A stretch of 64,000 bases of DNA, taken from Terriglobia bacterium (GTDB taxonomy: Bacteria > Acidobacteriota > Terriglobia > JAJPHL01). Under the pieces are notes generated by a model, which saw nothing but the letters and a program-made list of their open reading frames with translations, searched no databases and had not been told where the DNA came from. The translations under genes and the position numbers were made by a program. Below are positions 30,139 through 40,752 of the stretch, one piece after another (the stretch's first letter is position 1; every line of letters begins with the position of its first letter). Location of the stretch: positions 54,916-118,915 of the forward strand of contig JAJPHL010000035.1 in assembly GCA_021325275.1 (NCBI GenBank). Reading direction: 5' to 3'.

Positions 30139-32136
30139 ATGAAGCCACTTGTCGCTCTCACCAGCCTGCTGGTTGCCGCCGCGCTCGGCGCGCAGAGTTC
30201 GTATTTCATGTACGTCGGCACGTTCACGCGCACCGGCAGCAAGGGAATTTACGCGTTCCGCTATAACCCCAGCGATGGCAAAGCGACGCCGATGGGTTTG
30301 GCCGCCGAAGCTTCGAATCCCACGTTTCTCGCCGTGCATCCGAATCACCGATTCTTGTACGCGGTGAATGAAGACAACGAATATCAAGGCCAGCCGGCCG
30401 GAAGCGTCAGCGCGTATGCGATCAACTCGGCGACGGGCGCGTTGAAGTTGCTGAACCGCGTGTCGTCGAAAGGCACAGGACCATGCCACGTCTCGCTCGA
30501 TCACACCGCGAAGTGGCTCTTCGTGTCCAACTACGCCGGCGGCAGCGTCGCCGTGTATCCGGTTCACGACGATGGATCCCTCGGCGAAGCCACGGCGTTT
30601 TTTCAACACGCCGGGAAAAGCGCGCATCCGCAGCGGCAGTCGGGACCGCATGCACACGAAGCGATCATCGCGCCCGACAATCGGCGCGTGCTGGTCGCCG
30701 ATCTCGGTCTCGACGAAGTTTTGAGCTACAAGCTCGATCGCACGGCCGGCCTTGTGCCCGATACGCCGCCGTTTACGAAAGTCGCGCCGGGCACGGGACC
30801 GCGTCACTTGGTTTTCAGCGCCAACGGACAATTCGTTTACTCGCTGAACGAACTGGCCTCCAACATCATCGTCTTTCGCTACGACGCTGCGTCGGGTGCG
30901 CTCAGCGAAGTACAGACGATCACGACTTTGCCCAAGGAATTTACGGGAACCAATTCGACGGCCGAAATCGAGTTGCCTCCTAGCGGCAAATTCCTTTACG
31001 CGTCAAATCGAGGGGCCGATTCGATTGCCAGTTTCGCCATCGACACAACCACCGGCAAGCTGACACCCCTCGGTTGGACGGCGACGCGCGGAAAAACGCC
31101 GCGCAATTTCGCACTCGATCCCACAGGATCGTTCTTGATCGCCGCGAATCAGGACACCAATAACTTGGTGATGTTTCGCGTCGACCGCGCCACCGGTGCG
31201 CTCTCACCCACCGGCGACACCTTCGCCGTGCCCGCGCCTGTGTCGATCGTTTTCGCTGCGGCAATCGAGCCGCCGCCGCCCGCGGCAACCAACCCGCCGG
31301 GACGCGCCGCGGAAATCCGTTTGTGGCCGAACGGCGCGCCAGGATTCGAGAATCTCGCGGCCCCGGAAGTGTCGCGGCCGTCGACCACGCCGAAATATGC
31401 GGGACTCGCCGCGAACTACACGGTCACGCATGACCCATCGATCTTCGTTTTCCTGCCGCCGAAGGAAAAAGCCACGGGCGCGGCGGTGGTGGTCGCGCCG
31501 GGCGGCGGTCACACACAAGTGGTGATCGAAAAAGAAGGTTGGGAAATCGCCGACTGGCTGAACTCGCAAGGCATCGCCGCGTTCGTGCTGAAGTATCGAC
31601 TGGCGCGCGCGCCGGGATCGCCGTATACGATCGCCAAAGAGGCGCACGCCGACGCCGTGCGCTCAATGCGCCTGGTGCGGAGTCACGCGAAGGAATGGGG
31701 AATCGATCCCGCGCGCATCGGCTTCATGGGATTTTCCGCGGGCGGCGAGATTGCCGGAATGATGGAGGCGAAATTCGACGCGGGTAACAGCGCGGCGGCG
31801 GACGCGATCGAACGCGCCAGTTCGCGTCCCGATTTCAACGTGCTCGTGTATCCCGCGTATCGTCCCGGCGCCAATCCGGCATCGCCCGACGCCGCGCTGT
31901 TTCCGATACCGGCCAATGCGCCGCCGGCGTTTCTGATCTGCGCCGACGACGATCGCTCGCACGTGGAAGCGACCGCGCGACTCTATCTCGAACTCGAGGC
32001 GCAGAAGATTCCTTCGGAAATGCACATCTACGCGTCGGGCGGCCACGGCTTCGCCCTGCGTCAGTCGCCGAAACCGGTGAGCGGCTGGCCGGAGCGTTTG
32101 AAGGAATGGTTCGCAGAGAGAGGAATTTCAAAATAG
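30139..32136 (+). CDS. Fusion of a lactonase (Pgl/YbhE beta-propeller) and an alpha/beta hydrolase (esterase)
   Basis: GPCHV, PHAH, GPRHL and TPRNF lactonase motifs; Pro linker; PGGG, GFSAGG and GGHGF hydrolase motifs. Confidence 0.85.
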   Translation: MKPLVALTSLLVAAALGAQSSYFMYVGTFTRTGSKGIYAFRYNPSDGKATPMGLAAEASNPTFLAVHPNHRFLYAVNEDNEYQGQPAGSVSAYAINSATGALKLLNRVSSKGTGPCHVSLDHTAKWLFVSNYAGGSVAVYPVHDDGSLGEATAFFQHAGKSAHPQRQSGPHAHEAIIAPDNRRVLVADLGLDEVLSYKLDRTAGLVPDTPPFTKVAPGTGPRHLVFSANGQFVYSLNELASNIIVFRYDAASGALSEVQTITTLPKEFTGTNSTAEIELPPSGKFLYASNRGADSIASFAIDTTTGKLTPLGWTATRGKTPRNFALDPTGSFLIAANQDTNNLVMFRVDRATGALSPTGDTFAVPAPVSIVFAAAIEPPPPAATNPPGRAAEIRLWPNGAPGFENLAAPEVSRPSTTPKYAGLAANYTVTHDPSIFVFLPPKEKATGAAVVVAPGGGHTQVVIEKEGWEIADWLNSQGIAAFVLKYRLARAPGSPYTIAKEAHADAVRSMRLVRSHAKEWGIDPARIGFMGFSAGGEIAGMMEAKFDAGNSAAADAIERASSRPDFNVLVYPAYRPGANPASPDAALFPIPANAPPAFLICADDDRSHVEATARLYLELEAQKIPSEMHIYASGGHGFALRQSPKPVSGWPERLKEWFAERGISK

Positions 32137-32246
32137 GCGCGGAGGCTAGTCCCGACGGCGCGCCTGCACAACTGCGCACCGCAACCAGACACTCGCGCGA
32201 TTTCCTTCGTGGTAGCATCCTGCTGTTAACAAACGGAGGTTCACCC

Positions 32247-33305
32247 ATGTCTCTTGCGAGCAGATTCTTCTTCCTGGCCGCGGCCGCGTTGGCGGTCGGA
32301 ACAGTCGTCGCCATCGCGCAACCTGTCGTACTCTCAGGCGTTCCCTGCGCCACGCCCACGTATCTGCACTGCCCGGACGAAGGTTGCTCAAGCGCCATCG
32401 TCATCAATCAAGGACCGGCCGTGGAAATGAAAACGCGCCGGACGTATTTCATCGACTATCCGTGCGACCTCCAAAAGGGCGAGAAGGTTACCTTCATCCT
32501 GGCGCTGCACGGCGCGGGATCGTACGGCAACTGGCAGCGGAATTATTTTCCCCTGATGGATTACAAAGAAAAATACCGTCTGGTGATCGCCACGCCGAAT
32601 TCGCCCACGCATGTGTGGTCGCAGGCCGACGACGAATACTTGCAAAACATCGTGACGTCGGTGGTGGATCAACTCGGCAAGCAGAACATCAAGGCGTTCT
32701 GGCTGGTCGGACACTCCCAAGGCGGCATGACCTCGAATCGCATCGTGCGCACGCCGTTCTTCGAGGAGCGCGTCGACGGATGGCTCAGTCTTTCGGGCGG
32801 CCGACTCGGCGGAAATCCTGGACGCGCGGGAAGTTTCGGCGCTGGACGCGCCACCGCAACCGCGGCAGCGGCAACTCCCGCCGCCGCGACTATGGCGCAA
32901 GCGATGGCGGCGCTACGCGAAGCGCCGTCGAACGAGTTTTCCTTCATTTACGAAACGGGACAGCGCGAAATGGACGACAAGGGAATGCCGGAATCGTCCG
33001 AATGGGCCAAGAAGCTTGGCTGCGGCGCGCGTGGCGCCTCGCGCGAAGTCGTCGATACGAAAGCGGGCTATGTTTTCGATAGCACGCGCCAGAATCCGCC
33101 GAATCCTTCTTGGGGATTGCAGCCCGCGCCGGGCAAAGCGATGGTCACCGCGTACGAAGGATGTAAGGACGGACGTGTGGTTGCCGACGTGGTGCGCATC
33201 GACAAAGGACACACCGAGGGACTCGAACCGCATGTCACCGAGGAACTCGTGAAGTTGTTGGTGAGCGCGAAAGGTGGGAAGGTCACGGCCATGCACGGAG
33301 AGTAA
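32247..33305 (+). CDS. Secreted alpha/beta hydrolase (esterase-like)
   Basis: GGAGG RBS, signal peptide, ALHGAG, GHSQGG nucleophile, KGHTEG. Confidence 0.8.
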   Translation: MSLASRFFFLAAAALAVGTVVAIAQPVVLSGVPCATPTYLHCPDEGCSSAIVINQGPAVEMKTRRTYFIDYPCDLQKGEKVTFILALHGAGSYGNWQRNYFPLMDYKEKYRLVIATPNSPTHVWSQADDEYLQNIVTSVVDQLGKQNIKAFWLVGHSQGGMTSNRIVRTPFFEERVDGWLSLSGGRLGGNPGRAGSFGAGRATATAAAATPAAATMAQAMAALREAPSNEFSFIYETGQREMDDKGMPESSEWAKKLGCGARGASREVVDTKAGYVFDSTRQNPPNPSWGLQPAPGKAMVTAYEGCKDGRVVADVVRIDKGHTEGLEPHVTEELVKLLVSAKGGKVTAMHGE

Positions 33306-33317
33306 CTCGGAAAAAAG

Positions 33318-33393
33318 CAACCGCCGATGAACGCAGATAAACGCAGATGAAGCATCGGTTTTATCCGCGTTCATCTGCGTTCATCTGCGGTTG
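33318..33393. repeat. Palindromic intergenic repeat (CCGCAGATGAACGCAGATAAACGCAGAT family), copy 2
   Basis: caaccgccgatgaacgcagataaacgcagat / atccgcgttcatctgcgttcatctgcggttg, between convergent genes. Confidence 0.9.
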
Positions 33394-33403
33394 GGTTTCG
33401 TTC

Positions 33404-34918
33404 TTACACCGCCAAGAACATGGTCTGCCCGTGGCGATTCACAAGCAGCACCGGCTCATCGCCTGCACTGTGCATCGCTTGACGGAACTGCGAGACCGTC
33501 GTCACCGGCTTGCGATTCACTTCTTGAATCACGTCACCGGACCGCAAGCCCGCCGCCGCCGCTTGGCTTGAGGGACTCACGTCGGTTACAACCACTCCGG
33601 TGGTTCCCGAAGCGACTCCCGCCTGCCGGCGAGTCTGCGCGTCGAGAGTCTCCACCGAAATGCCTTGCACCGAAGCGCTGTCCGCCGACTCGTTGTCACC
33701 ACCACGCCGGCCCGGACGTTCGTTGCTGGCTTGTTCTTCTTTGTTCGGATACTCGGCCAAGCGCACGCTCAAGTCGCGCTCCGATCCGTTGCGCAGCACG
33801 CGCAGTTTCACGGTGGCGCCCGGTTCCATCATCGAGATCGTGTTGCGCAGGGTGTTGCCGTCGAGCACCGCTTTGCCGTTCACGTCGAGAATGATGTCGC
33901 CCTTCTCGACTCCCGCTTTGATCGCGGGGCCATCGGGGCTGACGTCGCCGACCAGCGCTCCGGTCATACCGTGCGCACCAAACGATTTCGCAATCGCCGG
34001 CGTTACGTCCTGCGCCATCACGCCGAGATACGCGCGCGTGACTTTGCCGTTCTTCAAGATGGCGTCCATCACCGTGCGCGCCAAATTCACGGGCACGGCA
34101 AATCCGATGCCGTGGCTCGCGCCTTCGCCGCCGCCGGTGACGATCGCCGTGTTAATGCCGATCAACTCGCCGCGATCGTTGATGAGCGCGCCGCCCGAGT
34201 TACCGGGATTGATCGGCGCGTCGGTCTGCAGAAAGTCCTCGTAATCTTCGATGCCCAATCCGCCGCGGCCCATCGCGCTAATGATGCCGCTGGTCACCGT
34301 TTGACCCACGCCGAAGGGATCGCCCATGGCGAGCGCCGTGTCGCCGATTTGCACTTTCGACGAATCGCCGAGAGTCATCACCGGCAAATTCGACGCGTCA
34401 ATCTTCAGCACCGCGACGTCGGTCTTCGAGTCGGTGCCGATGACGCGCGCCTTGAACTCGCGCTTGTCGCCGAGGGTGACGCGCACGTCGGTGGCGCCAT
34501 CGACAACGTGATTGTTCGTGAGAATGTAGCCCTCGGGGCTCACGATGACGCCCGAGCCGAGGCTCTGTTCACGCCGTTCGCGCGGAATGGTAAAACGCCC
34601 GTTGTTACCTTGTTCGCCGAAGAATTGGCGGAAGAGCTCGTCCATTGGGACTTCGCCGTTGCCGCCTCGCTGCATTTTCACGACCTTCGAGGAAGAAATG
34701 TTGACGACCGCAGGAAGCGCACGCTTCACGATGGGCGCGAAAGTTGCGCGCGCCGGTCCTTCGTTCGCGTCGGCGAGTTTAAATGTCGCCGGAGGATTCT
34801 TCGCGAGCTCACGGCCCGCTTGGGTTACGCCCGCAACCGCTGCCCCTCCCAACACAAATGCCAACGCGGCGCTCAAAGCCAAATGCTTCGCGCCGCTCGA
34901 TACAGGATGGAAATTCAT
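33404..34918 (-). CDS. degP: DegP/HtrA (Do) serine protease with two PDZ domains
   Basis: TNNHV, DVAV and QTDAPINPGNSGG motifs; PDZ domains; AAGGAG RBS. Confidence 0.93.
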   Translation of the reverse strand: MNFHPVSSGAKHLALSAALAFVLGGAAVAGVTQAGRELAKNPPATFKLADANEGPARATFAPIVKRALPAVVNISSSKVVKMQRGGNGEVPMDELFRQFFGEQGNNGRFTIPRERREQSLGSGVIVSPEGYILTNNHVVDGATDVRVTLGDKREFKARVIGTDSKTDVAVLKIDASNLPVMTLGDSSKVQIGDTALAMGDPFGVGQTVTSGIISAMGRGGLGIEDYEDFLQTDAPINPGNSGGALINDRGELIGINTAIVTGGGEGASHGIGFAVPVNLARTVMDAILKNGKVTRAYLGVMAQDVTPAIAKSFGAHGMTGALVGDVSPDGPAIKAGVEKGDIILDVNGKAVLDGNTLRNTISMMEPGATVKLRVLRNGSERDLSVRLAEYPNKEEQASNERPGRRGGDNESADSASVQGISVETLDAQTRRQAGVASGTTGVVVTDVSPSSQAAAAGLRSGDVIQEVNRKPVTTVSQFRQAMHSAGDEPVLLVNRHGQTMFLAV

Positions 34919-35042
34919 AAGGTTGTCTCCTTCATATTGGTTGCCTTTTCTTGGCCTTCCATTGCGATAGACGTGTCAGGCGGAGGTCGGCTTATCCCGG
35001 CGAGTAGGGATAAGCGGCCGGGGAAAGTAGGTATTCTTGGCG

Positions 35043-35702
35043 TTACGAAATGATGCCCTTGCGGACAGCGTAAAGGATCAGCTCGGGGATTCCGCGCAGA
35101 TTCAGCTTTTTCATAATGCTGGCGCGGTGCGTCTCCACCGTGTAGACAGAGAGATGCAGCAGGTCGGCAATTTCTTTGTTCGATTTTCCTTCAGCCACCA
35201 GTTGCAGAATCTGGCGCTCGCGCGGCGAAAGCAGTTCGAAGGAGTCTTCCGCGCCGGTGCGTTGCAGCTTGCGCATGTAATCTTCGAGCAGAACTTTGCT
35301 CACCGCCGGGCTGAAATACGATTTTCCCGCGACCACCGCGCGCACCGCGCGCACCAGATCGGCTTCGGCGGAGTCTTTCAGCAAATACGATCGCGCGCCC
35401 GCGCGAAGCGCGCGCAAAATGTAACCTTCGTCCGAGTGCATGCTGAGGATGACGATGGCGATCTCGGGAAATCGCGCGCTCACTTGCCGGCTGGCTTCGA
35501 TTCCGTTCAAGTTGGGCATGCCGATGTCCATCACGAGAACATTGGGCTTCAGTTTTTCCGCGAGGCCGACCGCTTCGCGGCCGTCGCCCGCTTCGCCGAC
35601 AACGCGCAATCCTTCCTGCTGCTCCAACACCAACCGCAGTCCGGCGCGCATCACCACGTGATCGTCGGCCAGCACAATTCGGATTGGATTTAGTTCCGGC
35701 AT
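35043..35702 (-). CDS. NarL/FixJ-family response regulator
   Basis: ADDH and MDIGMP receiver motifs; LSPRERQIL..KSNKEIA LuxR-type HTH. Confidence 0.93.
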   Translation of the reverse strand: MPELNPIRIVLADDHVVMRAGLRLVLEQQEGLRVVGEAGDGREAVGLAEKLKPNVLVMDIGMPNLNGIEASRQVSARFPEIAIVILSMHSDEGYILRALRAGARSYLLKDSAEADLVRAVRAVVAGKSYFSPAVSKVLLEDYMRKLQRTGAEDSFELLSPRERQILQLVAEGKSNKEIADLLHLSVYTVETHRASIMKKLNLRGIPELILYAVRKGIIS

Positions 35703-37033
35703 CACGCTGCGGGCAGCGGCAACACGGCGCGGACGATGGTGCCCGCGCCGGCCTGCGAGTCGATGGTGAGCGTTCCGCCTAAATCTTTCACGCGCTCGCC
35801 CATCCCGACGAGTCCCAAGCCGCGCGTGTGGGGATCGAACCCGCGGCCGTCGTCTTGCACACTGACGCTCAACTGATCGTGAGCAAGCTGCACGTCGATT
35901 CTCGCATGCGACGCACCGGAATGCCGCGACACGTTGTGCAGCGCTTCCTGCACCACGCGATAAACGCAGGTACGGTAGGAATCAGGCAACAAATTGTCGG
36001 GAATATCCTCGGCGAAAACCTCCACTTCCGCCGTGCCTTGCCGCGAAACTTCGCGCGCTTGCCATTCGAGCGCGGGAATCAGTCCTAGATCGTCGAGCAT
36101 CGAGGGACGAAGCAACAGCGCCATACTGCGCACCGATTGGATCACGTGTTCCGCTTCGCCCTTGATCTTGCCCACCAGCGTGCCCGCTTGTTCTTCGCTC
36201 GGAACCAGCGCCGAGAGGCGGCCGACGTCGACCAGCAACGATCCCAGCGATTGTCCGATTTCGTCGTGCAACTCGCGGGACAGCGCCTTCCGCTCGGACT
36301 CCTGCGTTTCCACGAGGCGGGCCGAAAGCTTCTTCAGTTCGCTGCGATTCTCCGAGATTTCGAGATAGCGCAACTGCGCCTCGCGCTGCAATTTCAAAAT
36401 GTACGCGAGACTTCCCAGCGCGATCATCAATCCCGACGCCAGCGCGACAGCCAGCAACAGCAAGCTTCGGGCGCGCAGCGACCCAAAACGTTCCTCGAGC
36501 ACGCTATCGTTTTGATGGAGCGCGCCGGCGTTGAGCGCCTGCAGACCTTGCGCGGACGCCAGCACTGTGTCGCCGTCGGCGGCCAGCAATTGTTGTATCG
36601 CGGCGGCGCGCTTGCTAGGATCGTTGCCCAGCGCCGATTGCATCGCCGCACGATGGCGCGCCAGGGTGACGTAGATGCGCCGCAAAACGATTTCTTCGTC
36701 GGATGTCAGTGGATGCGGGTAATGCTCGACGACTTCGACAACTTGCGTGACTTCGGGGAGTTCCTTTTTCTGTTGCTCCTGCTCGGCGGCGGTGGCCGCT
36801 AATTCGCGGCGCGCTTTCACGGCGTAATCGCGATACGCGGTGCTGATCTGCTCGGCCATGCGCATGCGCTGCGCGTAGTCGGATTGTACGCGCTGGTGTT
36901 CTGCATTCAGCTCGCCAAGCAGTCGCATGACCTCCCAGCCGGACCCAACCATCAGCAGCAACATGGCGCCGAAGGCGCAGAACAGCACCAGTTTCAGGCG
37001 CCGGACGCGGCGATCGCCAAGATCTTCCGCCAT
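35702..37033 (-). CDS. Membrane sensor histidine kinase (HisKA_3)
   Basis: Two TM segments; ERKALSRELHDEIGQ, EALHNV, DDGRGF and GLGLVGM motifs. Confidence 0.92.
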   Translation of the reverse strand: MAEDLGDRRVRRLKLVLFCAFGAMLLLMVGSGWEVMRLLGELNAEHQRVQSDYAQRMRMAEQISTAYRDYAVKARRELAATAAEQEQQKKELPEVTQVVEVVEHYPHPLTSDEEIVLRRIYVTLARHRAAMQSALGNDPSKRAAAIQQLLAADGDTVLASAQGLQALNAGALHQNDSVLEERFGSLRARSLLLLAVALASGLMIALGSLAYILKLQREAQLRYLEISENRSELKKLSARLVETQESERKALSRELHDEIGQSLGSLLVDVGRLSALVPSEEQAGTLVGKIKGEAEHVIQSVRSMALLLRPSMLDDLGLIPALEWQAREVSRQGTAEVEVFAEDIPDNLLPDSYRTCVYRVVQEALHNVSRHSGASHARIDVQLAHDQLSVSVQDDGRGFDPHTRGLGLVGMGERVKDLGGTLTIDSQAGAGTIVRAVLPLPAA

Positions 37034-37051
37034 GCTTCTATTTTAAATCGG

Positions 37052-38701
37052 TTAGTGGGAAGCGGTGCGCGCGGGGCCGTACAGCACCTTTCCAGGACGC
37101 GCGGCCGTAACCGTTTTCCCGTCGAAAACCACTTCGCCGTTCACGATCACGGTGGAAAAGCCTTCGGCATATTGGTGCGGCTTGTCGAACGTGGCGAGAT
37201 CGCGCACACGGTCGGGATCGAAGACCGCGATGTCAGCCTTCATGCCTTCGCGCAACAATCCACGATCCGCCAATCCGAGGCGCTGCGCGGGAAGCGTGGT
37301 CATGCGCCGCACTGCGTCTTCCAGGGTGATCACTTTCTTCTCGCGCACGTACACGCCCAACACGCGGGCCCACGTTCCGTAGCTCCGGGGATGCGGCGCT
37401 TCTTTGCCGAAATTCGGAATTTCGCCGTCGGAGGCGATCATCGTGCCCGGATAACGCAGAATTCGCACCAGATCGTCTTCACTGATGGCGTGAAAAACGC
37501 CTTGGCAGCCGCCTTTCTCGACGATCCACAGCGCGGCCTCGGCGGCATTCTCGACCGTCGGGGAATTTCCGCGAAGTTGGGCGACCTCCGCTAAATTCTT
37601 TCCCGCGAGTGACGTATCCCAGTCGCAGCGCGACAACACTACGTTCTTGGGATCGCCGCCGCCGCGTTCTTCGCGAATCAAGCGCGCCGCTTCCGTTGCG
37701 ATTCGGGCGCGCGTCGCCTGATCCTTCAGGCGTTCGAGGACGCGCGCGCGTCCGCCTTCTTGCGCCCATGACGGAAACAGCGCCGCCTGAATGCTGGTGC
37801 TCGACGCCGTGTACGGATACTGATCCACAGACGCGTCCACGCCGCGGCGTCGCGCTTCTTCGATCAAGCGAATCGTCTCCGCGCTCTGTCCCCAGTACGT
37901 CTTGCCGATGATCTTGTGATGCGTCACTTGCGTCGGTAATCCGCCGTTCTCGCCGATGGCAATGGTTTCCTTGACGCTATCGACCACGTGCGACGCTTCG
38001 TCGCGCATATGAGAAATATAAATCCCGCCAAAACGTCCGGCCACGCGCGCGAGATCCGTGACTTCCTCGGTTGAGCTGAAACTCCCCGGCACGTAGAACA
38101 ATCCCGAGCTGAGACCGAACGCGCCGTCCTTCATTCCCTGCTCGACAAGCGCGCGCATTTGGGCCATTTCCTCGGGCGACGGCTTGCGGTCAACTTGGCC
38201 CATCACGGCTTCGCGCACCGAGCCTTGGCCGAGGAACGCGCCGATGTTCACGGATTTTCGCAACGCCTCGAGCTGCGCGAAGAACGGGGCGATCGGCACG
38301 GGTGAACTACCGTCGGGTCCTTCGATCAGCGTGGTGACACCTTGGCGAATGTAATTGTCAGCGGTGGGAACGTTGAAAATGTTGCGGCGCGCGTGACTGT
38401 GGATGTCGATGAATCCCGGCGCGACGACTTCGCTGTGTACGTCGATGGTTTGCCGCGCCGGTTCGTCGATCTTGTAGGCGATCCGCGCGATGCGGTCGCC
38501 GCGAATCGCAACGTCGGCGTGATACCAAGGATTCCCGCTGCCGTCGATGACACGCGCGTTCTTCAGCAGCAGATCATATGGTTGCGCTTGCGCGAACAAG
38601 ATGCAGGAAAAAAGAAAAATGCAACCGCAGATAAACGCGGATAAACGCAGATGGGCGATTGGTTTATGTCTGCGTTCGTCTGCGTTCATCTGCGGTTGCA
38701 T
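37052..38701 (-). CDS. N-acyl-D-amino-acid deacylase (D-aminoacylase), amidohydrolase family, secreted
   Basis: PGFIDIHSH, SHMRDE, DQYPY, ASDG and HPRSYGT motifs; ATG immediately after the pepA stop. Confidence 0.88.
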   Translation of the reverse strand: MQPQMNADERRHKPIAHLRLSAFICGCIFLFSCILFAQAQPYDLLLKNARVIDGSGNPWYHADVAIRGDRIARIAYKIDEPARQTIDVHSEVVAPGFIDIHSHARRNIFNVPTADNYIRQGVTTLIEGPDGSSPVPIAPFFAQLEALRKSVNIGAFLGQGSVREAVMGQVDRKPSPEEMAQMRALVEQGMKDGAFGLSSGLFYVPGSFSSTEEVTDLARVAGRFGGIYISHMRDEASHVVDSVKETIAIGENGGLPTQVTHHKIIGKTYWGQSAETIRLIEEARRRGVDASVDQYPYTASSTSIQAALFPSWAQEGGRARVLERLKDQATRARIATEAARLIREERGGGDPKNVVLSRCDWDTSLAGKNLAEVAQLRGNSPTVENAAEAALWIVEKGGCQGVFHAISEDDLVRILRYPGTMIASDGEIPNFGKEAPHPRSYGTWARVLGVYVREKKVITLEDAVRRMTTLPAQRLGLADRGLLREGMKADIAVFDPDRVRDLATFDKPHQYAEGFSTVIVNGEVVFDGKTVTAARPGKVLYGPARTASH

Positions 38702-38703
38702 TT
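38617..38703. repeat. Palindromic repeat (CCGCAGATAAACGC family), copy 3, inside the 5' end of the D-aminoacylase CDS
   Basis: aaatgcaaccgcagataaacgcggataaacgcagat / tctgcgttcgtctgcgttcatctgcggttgcattt. Confidence 0.9.
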
Positions 38704-40156
38704 AGCTTTTCTCGAAGCCCATCGCCAACTCGATCAATGACCGCACGGCGATCCCCGACGATCCCTTGGCGATAAACGCCTTGTTGTCGTCGATCCACGC
38801 GCAGCCGGCGATATCGAGGTGAATCCATGGCGTGTCGGCGACAAATTCCTTTAGGAACCACGCCGCGGTGATCGCGCCGCCGTAGCGTCCGCCGGTGTTT
38901 AGAAGGTCCGCGACCATGCCTTTGATTTGCTCGCGGTAGTCGTCGTCCATCGGCATGGGCCACATTTTTTCGCCGGCGGTTTTGGCGCACTTCAAGAAGC
39001 GTTCCTGATACGCTTCGTCGTTCGTGAAGACGCCGACGTTCACTTTGCCGAGCGCGACGCTGATCGCGCCCGTCAGCGTGGCCGCGTCGATCAAATGCGT
39101 GCAGCCTTGCAGCCGCGCGTAGTGCAAAGCGTCGGCGAGAATCAAACGGCCTTCGGCGTCGGTGTTGATAATCTCAATCGACTTGCCGGACATCGCGATG
39201 CGCACGTCGCCGGGTTTTTGCGCCTTGCCGTCGGGCATATTCTCGGTGGCGGGCACGAAACACTGAATGCGCACCGCCGGTTTCAGCAGCGCGATCGCGC
39301 GCATCGCGCCGAGCATCGCCGCGCCGCCGGCCATGTCGTACTTCATCAGATCCATGGAGTCGGCCGGCTTGATGGAGATGCCGCCGGTATCGAACGTCAC
39401 ACCCTTTCCGACCAGTCCCAGCACGCGGTCCGTCACCGCCGTCTCGGGGTTGTAGCGCAGGTGAATGAACTTGGGCGGCTCCTCGCTCCCCAGCGACACC
39501 GAAAGGAACGAGCCCATCTTCAGTTCCTCGCAGCGCGCGCGGTCGAGGATTTCGCATTCCAATCCCACTTCCGCGGCCATGGCGCGGGCGCGTTCCGCCA
39601 GAATCGTGGGCGTCATGTAGTTGCCCGGCTCGTTCACCAAGTCGCGCGTGAAATTCTGCGAATCTCCGATGATGCGCCCGCGTTCGAGCGCCGCGCGCGT
39701 TTCCGCCGTCGCCGCCGCGGCCACGTGAAATGCGCCCACGTGCTTGTCGTCGGCGCGACCGTCGGTCTTGTAGCGGCCGGGATCGAAGTCGGCGACCAGC
39801 GCGCCTTCCACAGACGCTTGCACCGCCGCGCCGGGATCCGCTACGCCGTCGGGAACAAACGTCATATTGGCAAGCGACTTCGGTTTCAGCAAGCGCACCG
39901 CGACTCCCGCCGCGCGGCGCAGTTCGTATGTTCCGAATTTCTCGCGCTTCCCTCCGCCAATCGCGATGACGCGCTTCGTCGCGATTCCGACGACGTTGTG
40001 GAAGGTGGCCGTCTCGTACAATTTTGTCGGCAGATCGCCGGTTGCGCTCAGCGGCGCCAGCGCGGGGTGCGACGGCGTTTCTTTGTCGAACGCGACAAAT
40101 GCCAGCGCGTCGGTGGAAATGCTTTCGATAGGTTGGTGGTTGAGTTGAATGTCCAT
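38702..40156 (-). CDS. pepA: Leucyl aminopeptidase (M17)
   Basis: VGKGVTFDTGG, MKYDMAG, NTDAEGRL and ATLTGA motifs. Confidence 0.96.
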   Translation of the reverse strand: MDIQLNHQPIESISTDALAFVAFDKETPSHPALAPLSATGDLPTKLYETATFHNVVGIATKRVIAIGGGKREKFGTYELRRAAGVAVRLLKPKSLANMTFVPDGVADPGAAVQASVEGALVADFDPGRYKTDGRADDKHVGAFHVAAAATAETRAALERGRIIGDSQNFTRDLVNEPGNYMTPTILAERARAMAAEVGLECEILDRARCEELKMGSFLSVSLGSEEPPKFIHLRYNPETAVTDRVLGLVGKGVTFDTGGISIKPADSMDLMKYDMAGGAAMLGAMRAIALLKPAVRIQCFVPATENMPDGKAQKPGDVRIAMSGKSIEIINTDAEGRLILADALHYARLQGCTHLIDAATLTGAISVALGKVNVGVFTNDEAYQERFLKCAKTAGEKMWPMPMDDDYREQIKGMVADLLNTGGRYGGAITAAWFLKEFVADTPWIHLDIAGCAWIDDNKAFIAKGSSGIAVRSLIELAMGFEKS

Positions 40157-40165
40157 AAGTTCGGG

Positions 40166-40678
40166 TTAGTGGTTGTAGCGGGCTTTCGAGGAGTTCACGG
40201 CTCGCTTGGCTTCCATGTCCGCCTCGCGGCGGCGAATGGTTTCGCGCTTGTCCCACTCTTTCTTGCCCTTGGCGACGGCCACTTCGGCCTTGATTCGTCC
40301 CCGCTTCAAGTATACCCGCAACGGAATCAAGGTCACGCCGCCCTCGCGCGTGGTTCCCTGCAGGCGATGAAGCTGCGCCTTGTGGACCAGCAGTTTTCTG
40401 GTCCGGAGCGCTTCGTGATTCATGTAATTTCCGTGGCTATAGGGGCTGATGTTGCAGTTCATCAGCCACAATTCGCCGCCCTTGAGCTGCGCGTAGGCGT
40501 CCACCAGACTCACGCGGCCGTTCCGCGCCGACTTCACTTCTGTGCCGGTGAGCACGATGCCCGCTTCGAAGCGATCCTGGAAGAAATAGTCGTGGTGGGC
40601 GCGCCGATTCACTCCGAGGTCGCGCTCGGGGGCGTCTCCCTTGGCCTTTTCTGCTTTGGAATCATGTGGTTTGCTCAT
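40166..40678 (-). CDS. smpB: SsrA-binding protein
   Basis: NRRAHHDY, EAGIVLTGTEVKS, RKLLVHK and GKKEWDKR motifs. Confidence 0.96.
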   Translation of the reverse strand: MSKPHDSKAEKAKGDAPERDLGVNRRAHHDYFFQDRFEAGIVLTGTEVKSARNGRVSLVDAYAQLKGGELWLMNCNISPYSHGNYMNHEALRTRKLLVHKAQLHRLQGTTREGGVTLIPLRVYLKRGRIKAEVAVAKGKKEWDKRETIRRREADMEAKRAVNSSKARYNH

Positions 40679-40752
40679 ATCGAAAGGCCGAAAAACAGGT
40701 CAACGACTCGGGCGTAGGTATCGTCTTATCTCAAGAAGTCCGGAAGAACAGA

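Noticed and set aside
40166..40752. Possible tmRNA next to smpB
   Set aside because: No GGGG..TCCACCA tmRNA ends and no space between neighbouring CDSs
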